NCBI GenBank assembly: GCA_024704765.1
Contig: JAKMXF010000297.1
Location: 364,921 to 428,920, forward strand
Length of the DNA: 64,000 nucleotides
Source: Oopsacas minuta
Taxonomy: Eukaryota; Animalia; Porifera
Direction of reading: 5' to 3'
The notes below the pieces were generated by a model, which was not told the origin of the DNA, did not search any database, and saw nothing but the letters and a program-made list of their open reading frames with translations. Below are positions 12,879 to 28,238 of the stretch, piece after piece (the stretch's first letter is position 1; every line of letters begins with the position of its first letter). Both the position numbers and the translations under genes were made by a program.

Positions 12879-13419
12879 TATTATAAATATACAGTGTTCG
12901 TATTAACGAAGTTCCATTGTACTTGTCAAATAATATCGCGTTTCGGATTTGAAAATTATGCTAAGGAAAATCCAGGAATTTGTATGTGGAAATGCTCCAA
13001 TGTATATGATTTATACCTAAACATGGTGGTCACCCTAAAGTAGAGGCTAGGGTAATCGTGTGTACATTTACAAAATAAGAAATTAAATATATTAATTAGA
13101 CTAATGGAAAGTATTTGACAGTACAAGGCTGTAAAGGTGTTAGTTAACCAGTTTCCGATATAATTACACAGGTAAAAAGAAATATATGACTTTTCTGAAG
13201 CGACAAATAAAAAACTATCAGTACCTTACATCTTAAAAAGCACTGAGATCAAAACTGGGGACTCTAGTATATAGTATAGTCGACAGGGTAAAATCTTAAA
13301 ATCAGTGTATTAGTAATATAAATTGCAACTAAATACATATTCTACTATGCATGAGCTATTATACTTATTAAGATCATGTGATTTCTCAAATACAAATTCA
13401 ATACACATTCAATACACAT

Positions 13420-16400
13420 TCAATGGTTAGGTTCTCTGACAGTTCTTAGATTGAGACTGATGCTAGACCTATTGTGTCTCAGATGGCTCTTCACCAGATG
13501 TCCAGCTGCTAGAGCAGACATTAAGCTCAATTCTCCTGCTAACACGGTACTGCAAATTAGTCGGGCAAACAGACTAGCGTGTCCACCTGAATTCTCAAAA
13601 TCTGGTCCTTCTACACCCATCATCTTCAGACAGGCACTCTGTGCCGGTAAGATGGTACCACCCCCAACAGTACCCACCTCCAGGGAGGGCATGGTACATG
13701 AAATATATAGGTCATCTCCTGTAGGACCGTAGCTTTCCATGAGAGTCATACAGTTAGCACTACCAACTACTTGTGCGGGATCTTGTCCGCACGCGATGAA
13801 AATAGCAGCTACTACATTAGCTGAGTGAGCGTTGTAGCCTCCTAGAGAACCGGCCATAGCTGATCCAACGAGATTCTTTGATAAGTTAAGCTCTACCAAT
13901 GCTTTAGCTGATGTCTTTAGGACTTGTGTAATAACCTAAAAATATATAATCAATCTTATTCGAATTGTATAAACTATGTAGTTACTACCTTTCCAGGAAT
14001 AGTTGATTCTGCTACAACACTCTTGCCCCTTCCTTCTAGCCAGTTGAGAGCAGACGGCTTCTTGTCCACACAGAAGTTTCCACTGAGAGATAAAATCTCC
14101 ATATCTGGGAATTCTTTATTGAGCTGTGCTAGGGATTTCTCTGTTCCTTTTCCTAACATATTCATTCCCATAGCATCTCCAGTCACAGCTTTGAATCGGA
14201 TGTACAGCAGTCTTCCTGCTAGAGCTACTTTAAGTGACTTCAGCCTAACAAATGATCTCACATAAATACATAGCTATAATAAACAACATATGTATATTAA
14301 GATAATATAAACTTACCTAGCATATCTACTTGTAGAATCAAACCATTCTTTTACTGTAACAAAATTAGCTTCCTGTTCGAACCAATTCTTTATCTCAGCA
14401 GCTCTGACAGCTGATGGGAATCTGACAACAGGACCACGACTCATGCCATCATTTGTCACACATGACTTTACACCTCCTGCGCTTGTGAGAGCTCGACAAC
14501 CGCGATTTGTGCTTGCGACCAGACACCCCTCAGTGGTGGACATAGGAATGTAGTAACTGATTCCATCCATCAAAAGTGGACCTGACACTCCAATAGGAAC
14601 AGGAATATACCTGAGGGGAAACATATCAAAAATAACTAAATACCCATATATAATCAAGTAGCTACAGTAGAATACAATTGGCATTAATACTGCGATTAAT
14701 ACAAACTCCGAATAAGCGAACATAATTTGACCGTCTGTTGGTATTCGTATTAACGCGGTTATACTATATAGCCGCCAATAACTATCTTGTATAAATATTA
14801 ACGAATACATAATGATAACATTAATACACATTAACTAACCCTATCACATTTTCACAGCAAGCACCCATCACCATCTTATAGTTGTAGTCCTGATATGGAA
14901 GTTCCTCTAGCACGCCACCCTCAGGTAGCTTCCTCTCTATCATAGCTCTTCTTATCCTCACACCCCTTAAAGGATCCCCTAGTGCATCCTCTAGCTTGTA
15001 GGCTTGAATATACTTTTCTTCCACAAGGAATTCTATCTCCTGATCACTGAGGAAACTGGGTCCAGCTTTATCAGAATTAAATAACTCTACACATGCGGAG
15101 AAAGGACGTGGTTCAGTGGGTAGCTCTGTCTTAATTATTTCAGCCTCTTGATGTATATCCTCAGTAGAACTACTAGAAGAGCTCAAGTAGAATATTCCAG
15201 TTTTAACAGGTGTCACTACCTGCTCACTCTCTGTTTGTGTACTAGCCTCACAGACAGATACAGGTGTAGAGCTTGTTACTGTATCTACTGCCCTATTATT
15301 AACTCCCTTCACTACAGTCGTATCCTGGAGAAGCGCGGATGGAATGATGGTGTGAGGATCTTCCCTAGCTTCCTGTTGATCAATCAGTGTGTATTTAAAC
15401 ACCAGAGATATAAAGAAACCTAGTGCTACGTATTTCTGCGGAGATAAGCGTGCAAGCTCATAGACTATGTGAGTTATTACGTAGAATGCATCAGGCCAAG
15501 GTATATCCTTGCTTAGTACTGAGGCGAATGGAATTCTGCTATTCAGATAGATTACTGCTAATCCAGCAAACATGATCAGACGAACCTGAATGCGTATAAA
15601 TGGATAAATATACAGTGTAATCCGCTTAACTAGGCGAAGAATATCCGTTTTACTATAATCAATACATCAGTCATTAATAACTTACCCTGTGAACAACAAA
15701 GTTTCGTCTGATCCTGTTTTTCCCTGCCATAGCTCGTGTCAGACTGTCTAAAGGTTTGAAAGGTTCTCCAGTCGGTCCTGACTCAAACAACAGAGCAAGA
15801 GCAGCAGGTAGGAAGGTAACGAATAAGAAATAAGAAGATATAATCCAGAGAATACCGAAGAGACATAGCTCGGCTATACCTGGAGTTATATATGAGGTGA
15901 TTATGAGAATACTTGTGAGGAATATACTCTCTATTGTTACACCTGTTCCTACAGACGAGATGCCTTGACGAACTCTAGAGCATGCATCTTTCCTATATAA
16001 AAGTCAAAATTTGTAAATTAATACGTATTAAACGTATAATACGTTATACGTAATCTATTTGAACTTATTATACGTCTATGGTAACTTTGAAATATGAGAT
16101 TTTGAGATTGTTATACTTGTTGTGTGTCACGTTATTATCAAGTATTATATAATTTGGTTAACTATGCTGAGATTTCTCATTAACAATTCGAGAATTACTG
16201 TTTTGATGCAAAATATTTATTGCAGAAATTAGCCTAATAGAAGTTACGTCACCAAAAATTGTAGATTGAACATATAATACGTAATATAAAAGACGTAGTA
16301 AACGACTTAGGCTAATACACGATATTGATAACTAGGGACTGGTTCAAGAGTATAAGTGATGATAGCTCTTCATATTCAGACAGAAAAAGCCCCTGAAAGC

Positions 16401-17134
16401 ATTATAAAGAAATTTTGGTCCAGCTAGTGAAATCTTGGTGACACACTTAACGTCCTGAGGCACACAAGTGTGCCGCAGCATACCGGTTGAGAACCATTGA
16501 TCTAACCTACAAAATGGAACCGACCTGTTTCGTGCTCCATACGCATATATTCCCACCTGCTTGACTTTCCCTAGATCTGTAATGAAGAAGAAGAAAGGCA
16601 GAGCTTGATCACATGTAGGAATAGGACAACCAAGTATGATGAGACATTGAAAAGTAAGCATTAGTGAAGCAAATAGCATGAATATGCCTATTATAGTGAA
16701 TGTGAACTTGAACCCGAGCTTCTGAAGCTGATGAAACTGTGTGTAGAGATATCCAACTGCCAGACAGTTAGTGACAAGTGATAGCAGCCTCTATGTAATA
16801 TATTACGCATAAAATTGATTATTGTAATAGTAAAAGAAACATATAAAGGACCAAATCTTACCTCCTCAACTTCAGAATCACTCTCTGTGTCCTCAACTCC
16901 CTGTGGTATAGATCTGACCAGACCACAGCTAACCACACACATGGTGAGGGTAACTATTGTACAGATAGCTTCCCATGCATGAGTAGCACAGAAATAACCA
17001 TAAGCTCCGAGGATCCGTTCAAGCCAATAGCACAAAGATTGTGGAATGAAGTTGTGATATTTTGATGGATGATTCTTTATATTCAATTCTGTGTAGTCAG
17101 TGAGTGTCTTCTTCACAGGATCAGTATCTGCCAT
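13420..17134 (-). CDS. HMGCR: HMG-CoA reductase with membrane/sterol-sensing and catalytic domains, 7 exons
   Basis: Exons 17134-16862, 16790-16525, 15992-15686, 15585-14840, 14610-14317, 14244-13989 and 13935-13420 join in frame. Motifs [47 protein letters not shown]. Confidence 0.96.
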
Positions 17135-18066
17135 TATAATATACAAATTAGTATATGGTAGTAGTAATAATTTCTGAATTCCTAATTAGCCCACTCTATA
17201 ATCAGGATACTATATACTCAGAATCAAGGAAAGATGATTACCGTACTAAGAAATTATAAGCTGATTCCAAACACATAGAATGATACTGATAAACTATCAT
17301 AGTGTGATCAATATCATGATCAACACGTCTCGCGTGATGAGATAGGGAAATTTATATGAGTTCATTGAGTCTAGTTTCAAAGGTTATGAGGTTTTGTGAT
17401 ATGGAAGTGGTGTTAATTTTAAGATATGAACTATATAGCAAAATCGGCATAGATGATAGATCGTCTTTGTTGAAACAATCCCACTATTAGATTTCTTATT
17501 AAAGCCATTTCAAATCCTGGTTCAGTTACTCACCATTAGAGTTTGAGTAGAATAGTTTGGCAAGAATAACTCCGTAGAGAAGCATGCGAATGTAAGCAAT
17601 AAAGTTGATAATAAATAATGTGTAGAAGTTTGCCTTTGTCAAATATATAGTAAAGATTCATAATATAATACTTAGTAGATAAATTACACTGCACCATCTA
17701 CGTTGCACAATAAGTTACGCTATTCCAAATAGTGGTCAGTCTGACATTATAAATACGCACGTGCACCAGTACAACATGTGACTATTTATAGAGTTGGAAA
17801 TGAGATTAAAAATAAAACTAATGAAATGAACAAGAATAGAATTATATTAATCGTATTGAGCCAATGAGATCGTTTGACTTCAGATGCCAGTAGACACAGT
17901 TGCGAGAAAATATCTGTGAATCGATTCAATGATTGATAGGTAGATACTGAAGAGACTGAAATCACACATAAATTATAAATTTCCGATAATTAGTCGAGAT
18001 AAATTATATAAATATAATAACTATATACAAATTAGCTATTACTAAACTAATATAGTAACACGTGCG

Positions 18067-21000
18067 CTACGCGAAACCATCTAAAAAATCTGATTTTGGT
18101 TGCTCAATGAAATCAGCTGGTCTGAAGAAGAACAGATATAAATTATAGAACTTGAGAGCTAATGAGCGAGCTGGTATCTTGTTAGTCAGATCCCTATTAC
18201 CTGTGATATTGAAATACTGAGTACGTCTAGCAGTAATATAGCTGAACTGTACATAGCAGAGCAATCCTCCCTGTATAACCACCAATATATTGTATGTCCA
18301 CATAGCAGTGACCCAAGGCTCGTATGTCCATCCGTATGAGAAGACAGGATATGGATGTGCAATCCCTGCCGCCTTAGCTAAACCGATGTATCCCATTACC
18401 AGCCATAGAACAGAACAAGTGAAGAGAAGTGCTACCATAATGACAAACACACGATGGTTACGGTGGCCCACACAAGTATTCATCCAAGCACAGTGGTGAT
18501 CAAATCCCCGGACACACCAGTCACATAACTTACAGTGTTTCGTTTTTGGGGGCTGAAAAATACCACAAGCAAAGCAATAAGTATATTCAGGGATGATATT
18601 CTTAGCGAGGTCTCGAATTGTAATATCTCCTTTTATGTGTTCCTTCCTCACGACTCCTGGATCCATGAACTTAGCCCGCAGGTAAAGGAAGAGTGCTACA
18701 AACCCGAGTATAATGTCAAATGTCATAAAATGTCCATAGTCTTCCCAGAGCAATGGCACGCCCCTATAAAGCGCACAAACAGCCGAATGTATCAATCCAA
18801 GGACTAGCCAGCCCATGGCAGCTGGGTTGGAGGGTCCGGCAGGATGAGGAATCCTGTGGGTGTGTATCAATAACTGAGGTACACCTACTATTAGAAAAGC
18901 AGCAGTCGGGAGAGAATACCAGAGGGAGTAATAAGTGAGCAGATAGAATGCTACTGCCATGGACAAACCAGGAGTTAGGAAATTAAACAACCAGTTATGA
19001 TACGGCCAAGCTAGTCGCGGGTAATTTGCGATAAATTCAGCATTAGCAGCCCGCACCTTCCCCACGAATGGGTCCATAGCTCCAGCTAGTTCTCCTGGGG
19101 TGTAATCTTCTCCATTCTTCATACGTATCTGCTCCCTACCTCTCCTTCTAAACAGCTCCCAGATAATCCTGTTGTTGGTAAGTCCCTCTTTGAGAGCATA
19201 ATGAAGAGGAATGTTATTGACTGAGTCCTGACATACAGGATCAGTCCTCATCTCTCTCATCAGGAATACTACCATCTCGTAACAATTCCCCTTAACAGCT
19301 ATGTGTAGAGGGGTTTGTAGCTTGCTGTCTGTTGTGGAACAGGAAAATGAGTGTACATCACTCAGATATAGAACTATCTCCATACAGTTATAGGCAGCAG
19401 CTAGATGCATACAGCTCTGTTCTCCTGGAGCTAATGAGTGTAAATCTGCTCCTAACTCAAACAGCAAGTTCAGCAGATAAAGGTTTCCTTTCTTAACAGC
19501 TATATGGACAGGGAAATAGTCCTCTCCATCTGGTGTGTTCATGTCTGCGTTGTTACGAGCTAGGACAGTTAAGAGGTGTGGCCTTTCTCCCTTAGCAGCT
19601 TTATGGACTAACGTGTCACTCTCCATGTCCCGTATATTGATGTCTAGGTTCTTTTGCTGGAGAACAACCTCAAAGTCGGCCAGCGGTCTCCCGTCCCTAG
19701 CAACCAGGAGGTATGCATCGAATACATCCTTTATCTAAAGGGAGATGTATCAGCAAACATACATATGATAGCATAGAGATATAACTTATAAGTGATTAAT
19801 AGCCAAATTAATAGGATAATACACGAACTATTCTGTAGATTATAAGTGCTATTATTATAGAGAGTAGGATAGAGAAGTATAGACTGTCTGGTGCAGTAGT
19901 TAGTTCTGTGTCTTGTAAGTACAGAGACTGGTAGAGAGGATAGAACAGCTGATCAGTGTCGTAGCAAGGTTCACGACATACAGGAGTGTGTTTCAGATAG
20001 GAACGAGGTGAGGGAGGGGGAGGTGATGTAGGTACTAGTATAAACTCTATACTTGCGGTTACAGGTATTTTCCAAATACCATCAACCAGAAAAAGCTGTA
20101 GATCTGGTACTCTCGTGTACTCCACCTCAGTAGCAGCTCCTACTATCTCAAGGATTTGGTAGTCATTAACAGCACCTGTATTAGAGTACAGATATCTCAT
20201 AGATAGATGGGAGGGCAGGTAGCAGTGAGATGAATTAGGAGGGTTAGTGAGTGGTTGATTGATTGATACCCAATGTTCTGGATGTGCCTTAGAGGCACGT
20301 CTAGATCTAGCTACATGAGTAGCACTCAACATACCATGGATAAACTGTTTCAAATCTTGTTGGAGATTTGTACAATTAAAATTAGAAGAGATCATAAGAT
20401 AACAGCCTGAGTACAAGTTGTTAAGAAATTTGATATTCCTCTTTATAGCTGTAGAGCAGTATCCGTTAGAAGAGGTTATGATAGAGACAACTGATAGATA
20501 GAATGAGTTAGTTGTATCATTCAGAGATCCGAACAGAAGATTACTCCCCTGTATGTAGCCCAAAGTAAGCTGATCACTGGCTACGGTGTCTAGTGGGAGA
20601 GTTGTATTGGATATATGTTTGTAAGATATAGTATGTTCTTGTTGTATGATGGGTATAGGGAGGTGTAATGGTAACCGGATGAGCACAATGTCGTCTTCAA
20701 TACCTATTACTCCATCTCGTAACCAGGTTATGACTCTGTGTGAAGACAAGAGTACGTATTGACAGCTGTCAGGTGAGCAGGATAAGTTAGAACACTCGTA
20801 AAACACAGATGTATTCGGTAGAGATATTCCATGAGTATTATCTGCTGTGTAAGATAATACCCAATCTGTGTAGTTAGTACATAGATAACTAGATGAGATT
20901 GATACCAGATCGACAGGTGAAAGAATAGATGATAAAGAGAGTGAGTAGGGAGTATAAGATATACAGGTAGATTGTATTCCATGTAAATAGGGAGTGGGTG

Positions 21001-21544
21001 AGAATAAGCACTCACCATGTGGACCAGGGACAGGATATGTAGAATAGTGTGGAATATTGTATGTCAGTGAGAAGGTAGGGTCACCATACTTATAATAAGT
21101 ACTAATTCCAACGGACGGAGTGGTGGTTAAGAGAGGGGACTGGAATAGTTGGTTCCTGGATACCAGAGGATCAAACTCAGCAGAAGAGATATTAGTAGGT
21201 TCCAGGTAGAATAAACCAAGGTATGGACTGTTATCAATAGATACAGATAGAAAATTATTAAGAGAGAAGGACAGAGTCTGCTTAGCAACAGGAGATGTGT
21301 TACAGAATGTTAGTTGTTTATATTTCTCACTACAATCTGTATCACAACAGCAGCTGAGCTCGCAGGTTCGTGTTACGAGGTTACAAGGACAGGAGAGCTG
21401 TGCAGTGATAGTTGTCAAAGTAACCAGATACAAGAATAGAAGTGAGTAACATCTGAGATAAACCATGTACATATAAGGATACTAGTATATTGTATAAGTA
21501 GCATGTAGTTAATCACTCACCTCAAGACTTTCTATTTTATCCAT
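18067..21544 (-). CDS. Ankyrin-repeat DHHC palmitoyltransferase (ZDHHC13/17/Akr1-like); exon 1 21544-21521, exon 2 19734-18067
   Basis: Ankyrin repeats ([20 protein letters not shown]) and [18 protein letters not shown]. The frame is open 36 codons above the annotated ATG up to a ccctttAG acceptor; a phase-0 ATG mini-exon with a GTGAGT donor lies at 21544-21521. Family call is firm, exon 1 is inferred. Confidence 0.85.
19808..21472 (-). CDS. TCTN: Tectonic-family ciliary transition-zone protein, intronless
   Basis: Signal peptide then the signature [20 protein letters not shown]; GY..G and F..N..SGC blocks; hydrophobic C-terminus. Confidence 0.88.
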   Translation of the reverse strand: MYMVYLRCYSLLFLYLVTLTTITAQLSCPCNLVTRTCELSCCCDTDCSEKYKQLTFCNTSPVAKQTLSFSLNNFLSVSIDNSPYLGLFYLEPTNISSAEFDPLVSRNQLFQSPLLTTTPSVGISTYYKYGDPTFSLTYNIPHYSTYPVPGPHGECLFSPTPYLHGIQSTCISYTPYSLSLSSILSPVDLVSISSSYLCTNYTDWVLSYTADNTHGISLPNTSVFYECSNLSCSPDSCQYVLLSSHRVITWLRDGVIGIEDDIVLIRLPLHLPIPIIQQEHTISYKHISNTTLPLDTVASDQLTLGYIQGSNLLFGSLNDTTNSFYLSVVSIITSSNGYCSTAIKRNIKFLNNLYSGCYLMISSNFNCTNLQQDLKQFIHGMLSATHVARSRRASKAHPEHWVSINQPLTNPPNSSHCYLPSHLSMRYLYSNTGAVNDYQILEIVGAATEVEYTRVPDLQLFLVDGIWKIPVTASIEFILVPTSPPPPSPRSYLKHTPVCREPCYDTDQLFYPLYQSLYLQDTELTTAPDSLYFSILLSIIIALIIYRIVRVLSY

Positions 21545-22341
21545 AAGGTTGAATCATCAATAACAAGCTAGTTAGGGTTGTAATTGTAAATTTTGCCAGT
21601 TTGTAAATCGTAACAATCTAATTAGCCTAATAATAGGTCGTATCTTAAATGAATTTCCCTTACTATGAGAGGAACCATTTATAAATTATAATTTCACATT
21701 AAAATTTCTATTTCCGTTGAATCACTTGCTAAATAATATTATAGAGCAATTGTTAATAATCTATTATCTCTGTATGAACATATAATTTGAGCAATTTCGC
21801 CTTTCATAACTCCAAACCTAGTGTAACGCCTGTATTACTGTAATTCTATGCGAAGTAAATAGTATTTTGGGTTGGTGATTATATATATATATATAAAGAT
21901 TTGTTGAGGTTGAGTGCACTAAGGCATCGTATTGATCATTGTAGATATATAATTAATTGATTGAATTGCAAGTGACACTGTTACTTGCGAGCAAGTTGCA
22001 TTGTGTATTTGTATGGGGCTTAAAAGGCTAGAAAAAACACTATCATAGTGAGTTCGTCAACCATTGTTATCTGGTGTTGTATGTTGTAACCAACATGAGT
22101 TATACAAAAGCTTAAAGTTCATGAAAATTGTAAATTATTGACTTCAAAACTGTAGTCAACAAAGAAACGTAGATTCGGAAACACACCAATGTCATTTAAT
22201 GTATTCACAAATAAATTACAACAAATATACCGTATTCAAATACAAATATAAATACCTCAACAAGGCTTGTAGGTAATACAAGCTCAAGTCTATTTCCTAA
22301 TACAAAATACACAAAGGATAGCAATTACATTACAAGGGATA

Positions 22342-24771
<2,430 letters not shown>

Positions 24772-25282
24772 TTACAAACGTATGATATGACTCAATAATA
24801 ATCTTTCTGGTATATCATGAGCATATAAAGATCTTCAGAAGCCGATTCGTTATAGAGTTCATATGAGATATTTACTGCTTTGCATTAATTCAACGAATTT
24901 GGTTGCGAATGTCATTATTGGGGTTTGCAGCTGCAACTCTGCTCTGCAGTCAATTTATCTATGTATTTAAAAACAAATAGATATATATTCATTATCAATT
25001 CTCTTGAAAATGGGGAGAGGGGGTATATGGAAAGTGTGACAACACCATTCTTTTGTATTACAAACGAGTGACACAGGGAAGGGTAGGGGTTAAATTTTCT
25101 GGAATTTTGCGTTACATAACGTTTGAACGGGTCCCAAATATAAAAGTTGCAAATAAGATTCAAATATCTTGCAGCTAAAACATGATCCAATTAGCCAAAT
25201 AGTAAATTATACGAAAATTATACATTATATTTAGCTCAGAAATATGTAATAATATAATTGACTAAATATTACAAGTGATAAT

Positions 25283-26104
25283 TTATTTTTTCCTCCTTTT
25301 CCGTCTAATCATTCTATACCCGCTCTTAAAACACAGATAATCTACAGAACTCCATACTGTAGTTGTAGCAGTGAGGTACCATAGAAACGGGAATACTGAG
25401 CTATCAGAGAACTCAAACACTTCTGCTAACAGGCTGGTTGTAATGAGGAGTGCCTGTAATACTGTGTTTATCTTGCTAACATAGGAGGGCGTAGCTTCTA
25501 CAGTTTTTAATTTCAAATTGAAGAATTGCTTTAGGGTTACAGGTGGGGGAAGAGATATGTAACGGAGATAAGCTCCGAACAGAACCAACCCTACATCTCT
25601 AGATATGTAGAGAATTACAAGAGGCAAGGGAAGTAAGCCAACTATACCCAACGTTATAGTTGCTGTACCAATCATTAGTTTGTCAGCAACAGGATCTATT
25701 ATAGAACCAAATATACTCGACTGTCCGTTTACATTCCTAGCTATATAGCCATCGACCAAGTCAGAAACACAGAGAACAACAAAGATGCCTGTAGCATACA
25801 TATGATTGTTATTGAGAATTAGGTAGCCAAGACCTGGAGTTGCAAGCAATCGAGCAAGAGAGATAGCATTAGGCAGAGTCAATATGTTTTCTTTGGAAAA
25901 GTTTTTGACAGATTGTAATTTAGTTTTTATCTTTATCTTATGACTTCCTAAGTTTTGTATAAACTTCTGATCTATCCTACTGACAACTCTACCTCTAGTG
26001 TATGTGTAGTTAGAAACAGAGACTAAGGGAGGGAAATTACAGGGTCTGAGGAGGGAAGGCAAGACCTTGCCAATACTTGCTGAGAATTTGAATCTGGGAA
26101 TCAT
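25283..26104 (-). CDS. CRLS1: Cardiolipin synthase (CDP-alcohol phosphatidyltransferase)
   Basis: Basic presequence; ENILTLPNAISLARL; D..DG.IAR and IIDPVADK motifs. Confidence 0.9.
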   Translation of the reverse strand: MIPRFKFSASIGKVLPSLLRPCNFPPLVSVSNYTYTRGRVVSRIDQKFIQNLGSHKIKIKTKLQSVKNFSKENILTLPNAISLARLLATPGLGYLILNNNHMYATGIFVVLCVSDLVDGYIARNVNGQSSIFGSIIDPVADKLMIGTATITLGIVGLLPLPLVILYISRDVGLVLFGAYLRYISLPPPVTLKQFFNLKLKTVEATPSYVSKINTVLQALLITTSLLAEVFEFSDSSVFPFLWYLTATTTVWSSVDYLCFKSGYRMIRRKRRKK

Positions 26105-26348
26105 CTAATAAGGTAATCACATCCTACTACTATAATTGGAAAAATTATAAGTACCGGTATACTATTGATTAATAAAACAGAATTGTGTGGAGATATAATT
26201 GTATGAAGTTAAGCTGGGGAACGCATACATCAATACAAATACGTACATCTATTGGAATATGCAATTTAATTAAAATGAAACAAAGAATAATGTACAAATA
26301 TCTCCAACAATTGCCAGACATAGAAACTGGGATCCATGCAACTAACAA

Positions 26349-28238
26349 TTAAGAAAGCAGACCTAGATAGTAGGAGAGGAGGTTAGTTTCCTGGTCGAGT
26401 GATATGTCAAGATAATCTTCAGATCCCTGCCAATTCGCTACGAAATCTACCACCTCTTCATCTTCAGGTTTCGGCTTAACAAAGTCAGGATCATCACCAT
26501 TAACTGTAGCAAAGAATAACTCATTAACAATAGCGTATAAATCTCCATTATGTTTGTCTATAGCAGCTCTAGCCTTAGTCTCATCAGCTCCTAAGATTAA
26601 CAGCTGAGACATCAAGCTGTCTAGTGAAGGTATTGGGTTAGTAATAATCGGGTTAACAGTAGCTCCTGCAGATTCAGAATCTATAGGGATATCTTCTATA
26701 GGAGGTGTAGGTTGTTCTGGACCTGGTGATATCTCCATCAGCTGTTGAGCTGCACTCATCAGCTGTATAGCTTGGTCCATGTCATTATTAGAAACTCTGA
26801 GAGCTCGCTTAACCAAGTCCTTAGGAAATCCCATCCCCTTCAAGAGCTTGTACTTATCAGCATCTACCTGCTCTCCAGCTGCTGTCTTCCCCAGTTTGTT
26901 TCTGAGTAAGTTTAATTTATTCTCAGCCCTGTCTTTCTCATATCTCTCTCTCAATTCAAGCTGTCTCTGTTGTATGTAGTCAATAGAAGCCATTACATCT
27001 CCCTCACATACACGTAATGCTAATCTAACATCCTTCAATTCAAATCCCATATTAATAAGAGATAGGAGAGATGATTCGTTAATCTTGATTTTTTCAGCTA
27101 GCTCTTCAGCTTTGAATAGCTTAATCTTAGCAGTGAGATGATCATCTATATGGTAAGCTACTATTCCCTGCATCAAGTACAGTCGTACCAGCAGAGAATA
27201 TTCCTGAATACTCTCTTTGTTCTTTAGCTTGCTTAGACGGGATAGATCTCTTCCGTATGAACGGTAGAATGCAGTTTCACATCTTTTGAGTCGTTCATCT
27301 GCTGAACTAAGCTCAGAGATCTGCTCCAGGTTAAGATAGCACCAACACAGGTCAAGAGAAAGGATAGCGTAGTTATCCACTACATCTAGAATACTGCTAC
27401 GGCACTGATTAAACTCTACATCAGCTTCACAGAGCAGAACTAAAGCATCTGAGTATTTGCATGCGTTTATCAGCACTTTTCCTTTTTCGTGCAGGGCCAT
27501 TGCACAGCTGAGCGCCTCCTTCTCTGTAGGAGGAAGACTGATAGGTTTTCCATTCTGATCCTGAATCTCTAAGAAGTATTGAGAATCACTAACTCCACGC
27601 TCTGCTAGCTTCTTAGCTGCTTGTTTGCTTTTCTCTACCATTTTATTCTGTTCCTGTTGAGTGTGTACTCTCTCCCTCTCTTGTAATTCATGTTCTGACA
27701 GACACACACACATTATCTTACTCATGTGTTTCACACCTTGATTAGCGATTAAGTCATCACCTGACACAATCCTACCCTGATGGATTAACTTGATGGATAG
27801 AGGGGTCAATGCATACATACTACTAGCCAGCTGTACTAGCTCATCTCCTGTTATGTGTAAGCTACATTCCAATTCAAGAGATGGGTAGTCAGGAGACGTG
27901 TCAGATTTGGTAGGTTTAAGTATTAGAGTTGCAATACCTGTTCGCTGAAACTTCATTTTAGCTGCTAGTTTTGATAACGCTACTTTTCGCAAGTGTTCAC
28001 ATGCTGTAATAAAAGTATCTTTTTCAAGACCAGACTTAGTTGAATATTTTTCAATAAATTCTTTGGAATAAGTTCCACTACCAAGTAGATCGTTTTGATC
28101 TTCTGTATACGGTACTTGCCATAGCTTAACCTCGTTTTGATTGAGTAGCCGACGTACAATTGTTAGTATATCATCACCCACTTGAGATCCCATCTGGCCT
28201 GACATGAAGTAATCTACTTCCATTGAAATTAGATTCAA
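26349..28238 (-). CDS. NUB1: NEDD8 ultimate buster 1 (UBL plus UBA domains), intronless
   Basis: UBL (IKLIHQGR), ALSCAMALHEKG, VDNYAILSLDLCWCY, LYLMQGIVAYH; UBA repeats (LINMGF, LKGMGF). True start may be the ATG of MEVDYF. Confidence 0.9.
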   Translation of the reverse strand: MNLISMEVDYFMSGQMGSQVGDDILTIVRRLLNQNEVKLWQVPYTEDQNDLLGSGTYSKEFIEKYSTKSGLEKDTFITACEHLRKVALSKLAAKMKFQRTGIATLILKPTKSDTSPDYPSLELECSLHITGDELVQLASSMYALTPLSIKLIHQGRIVSGDDLIANQGVKHMSKIMCVCLSEHELQERERVHTQQEQNKMVEKSKQAAKKLAERGVSDSQYFLEIQDQNGKPISLPPTEKEALSCAMALHEKGKVLINACKYSDALVLLCEADVEFNQCRSSILDVVDNYAILSLDLCWCYLNLEQISELSSADERLKRCETAFYRSYGRDLSRLSKLKNKESIQEYSLLVRLYLMQGIVAYHIDDHLTAKIKLFKAEELAEKIKINESSLLSLINMGFELKDVRLALRVCEGDVMASIDYIQQRQLELRERYEKDRAENKLNLLRNKLGKTAAGEQVDADKYKLLKGMGFPKDLVKRALRVSNNDMDQAIQLMSAAQQLMEISPGPEQPTPPIEDIPIDSESAGATVNPIITNPIPSLDSLMSQLLILGADETKARAAIDKHNGDLYAIVNELFFATVNGDDPDFVKPKPEDEEVVDFVANWQGSEDYLDISLDQETNLLSYYLGLLS

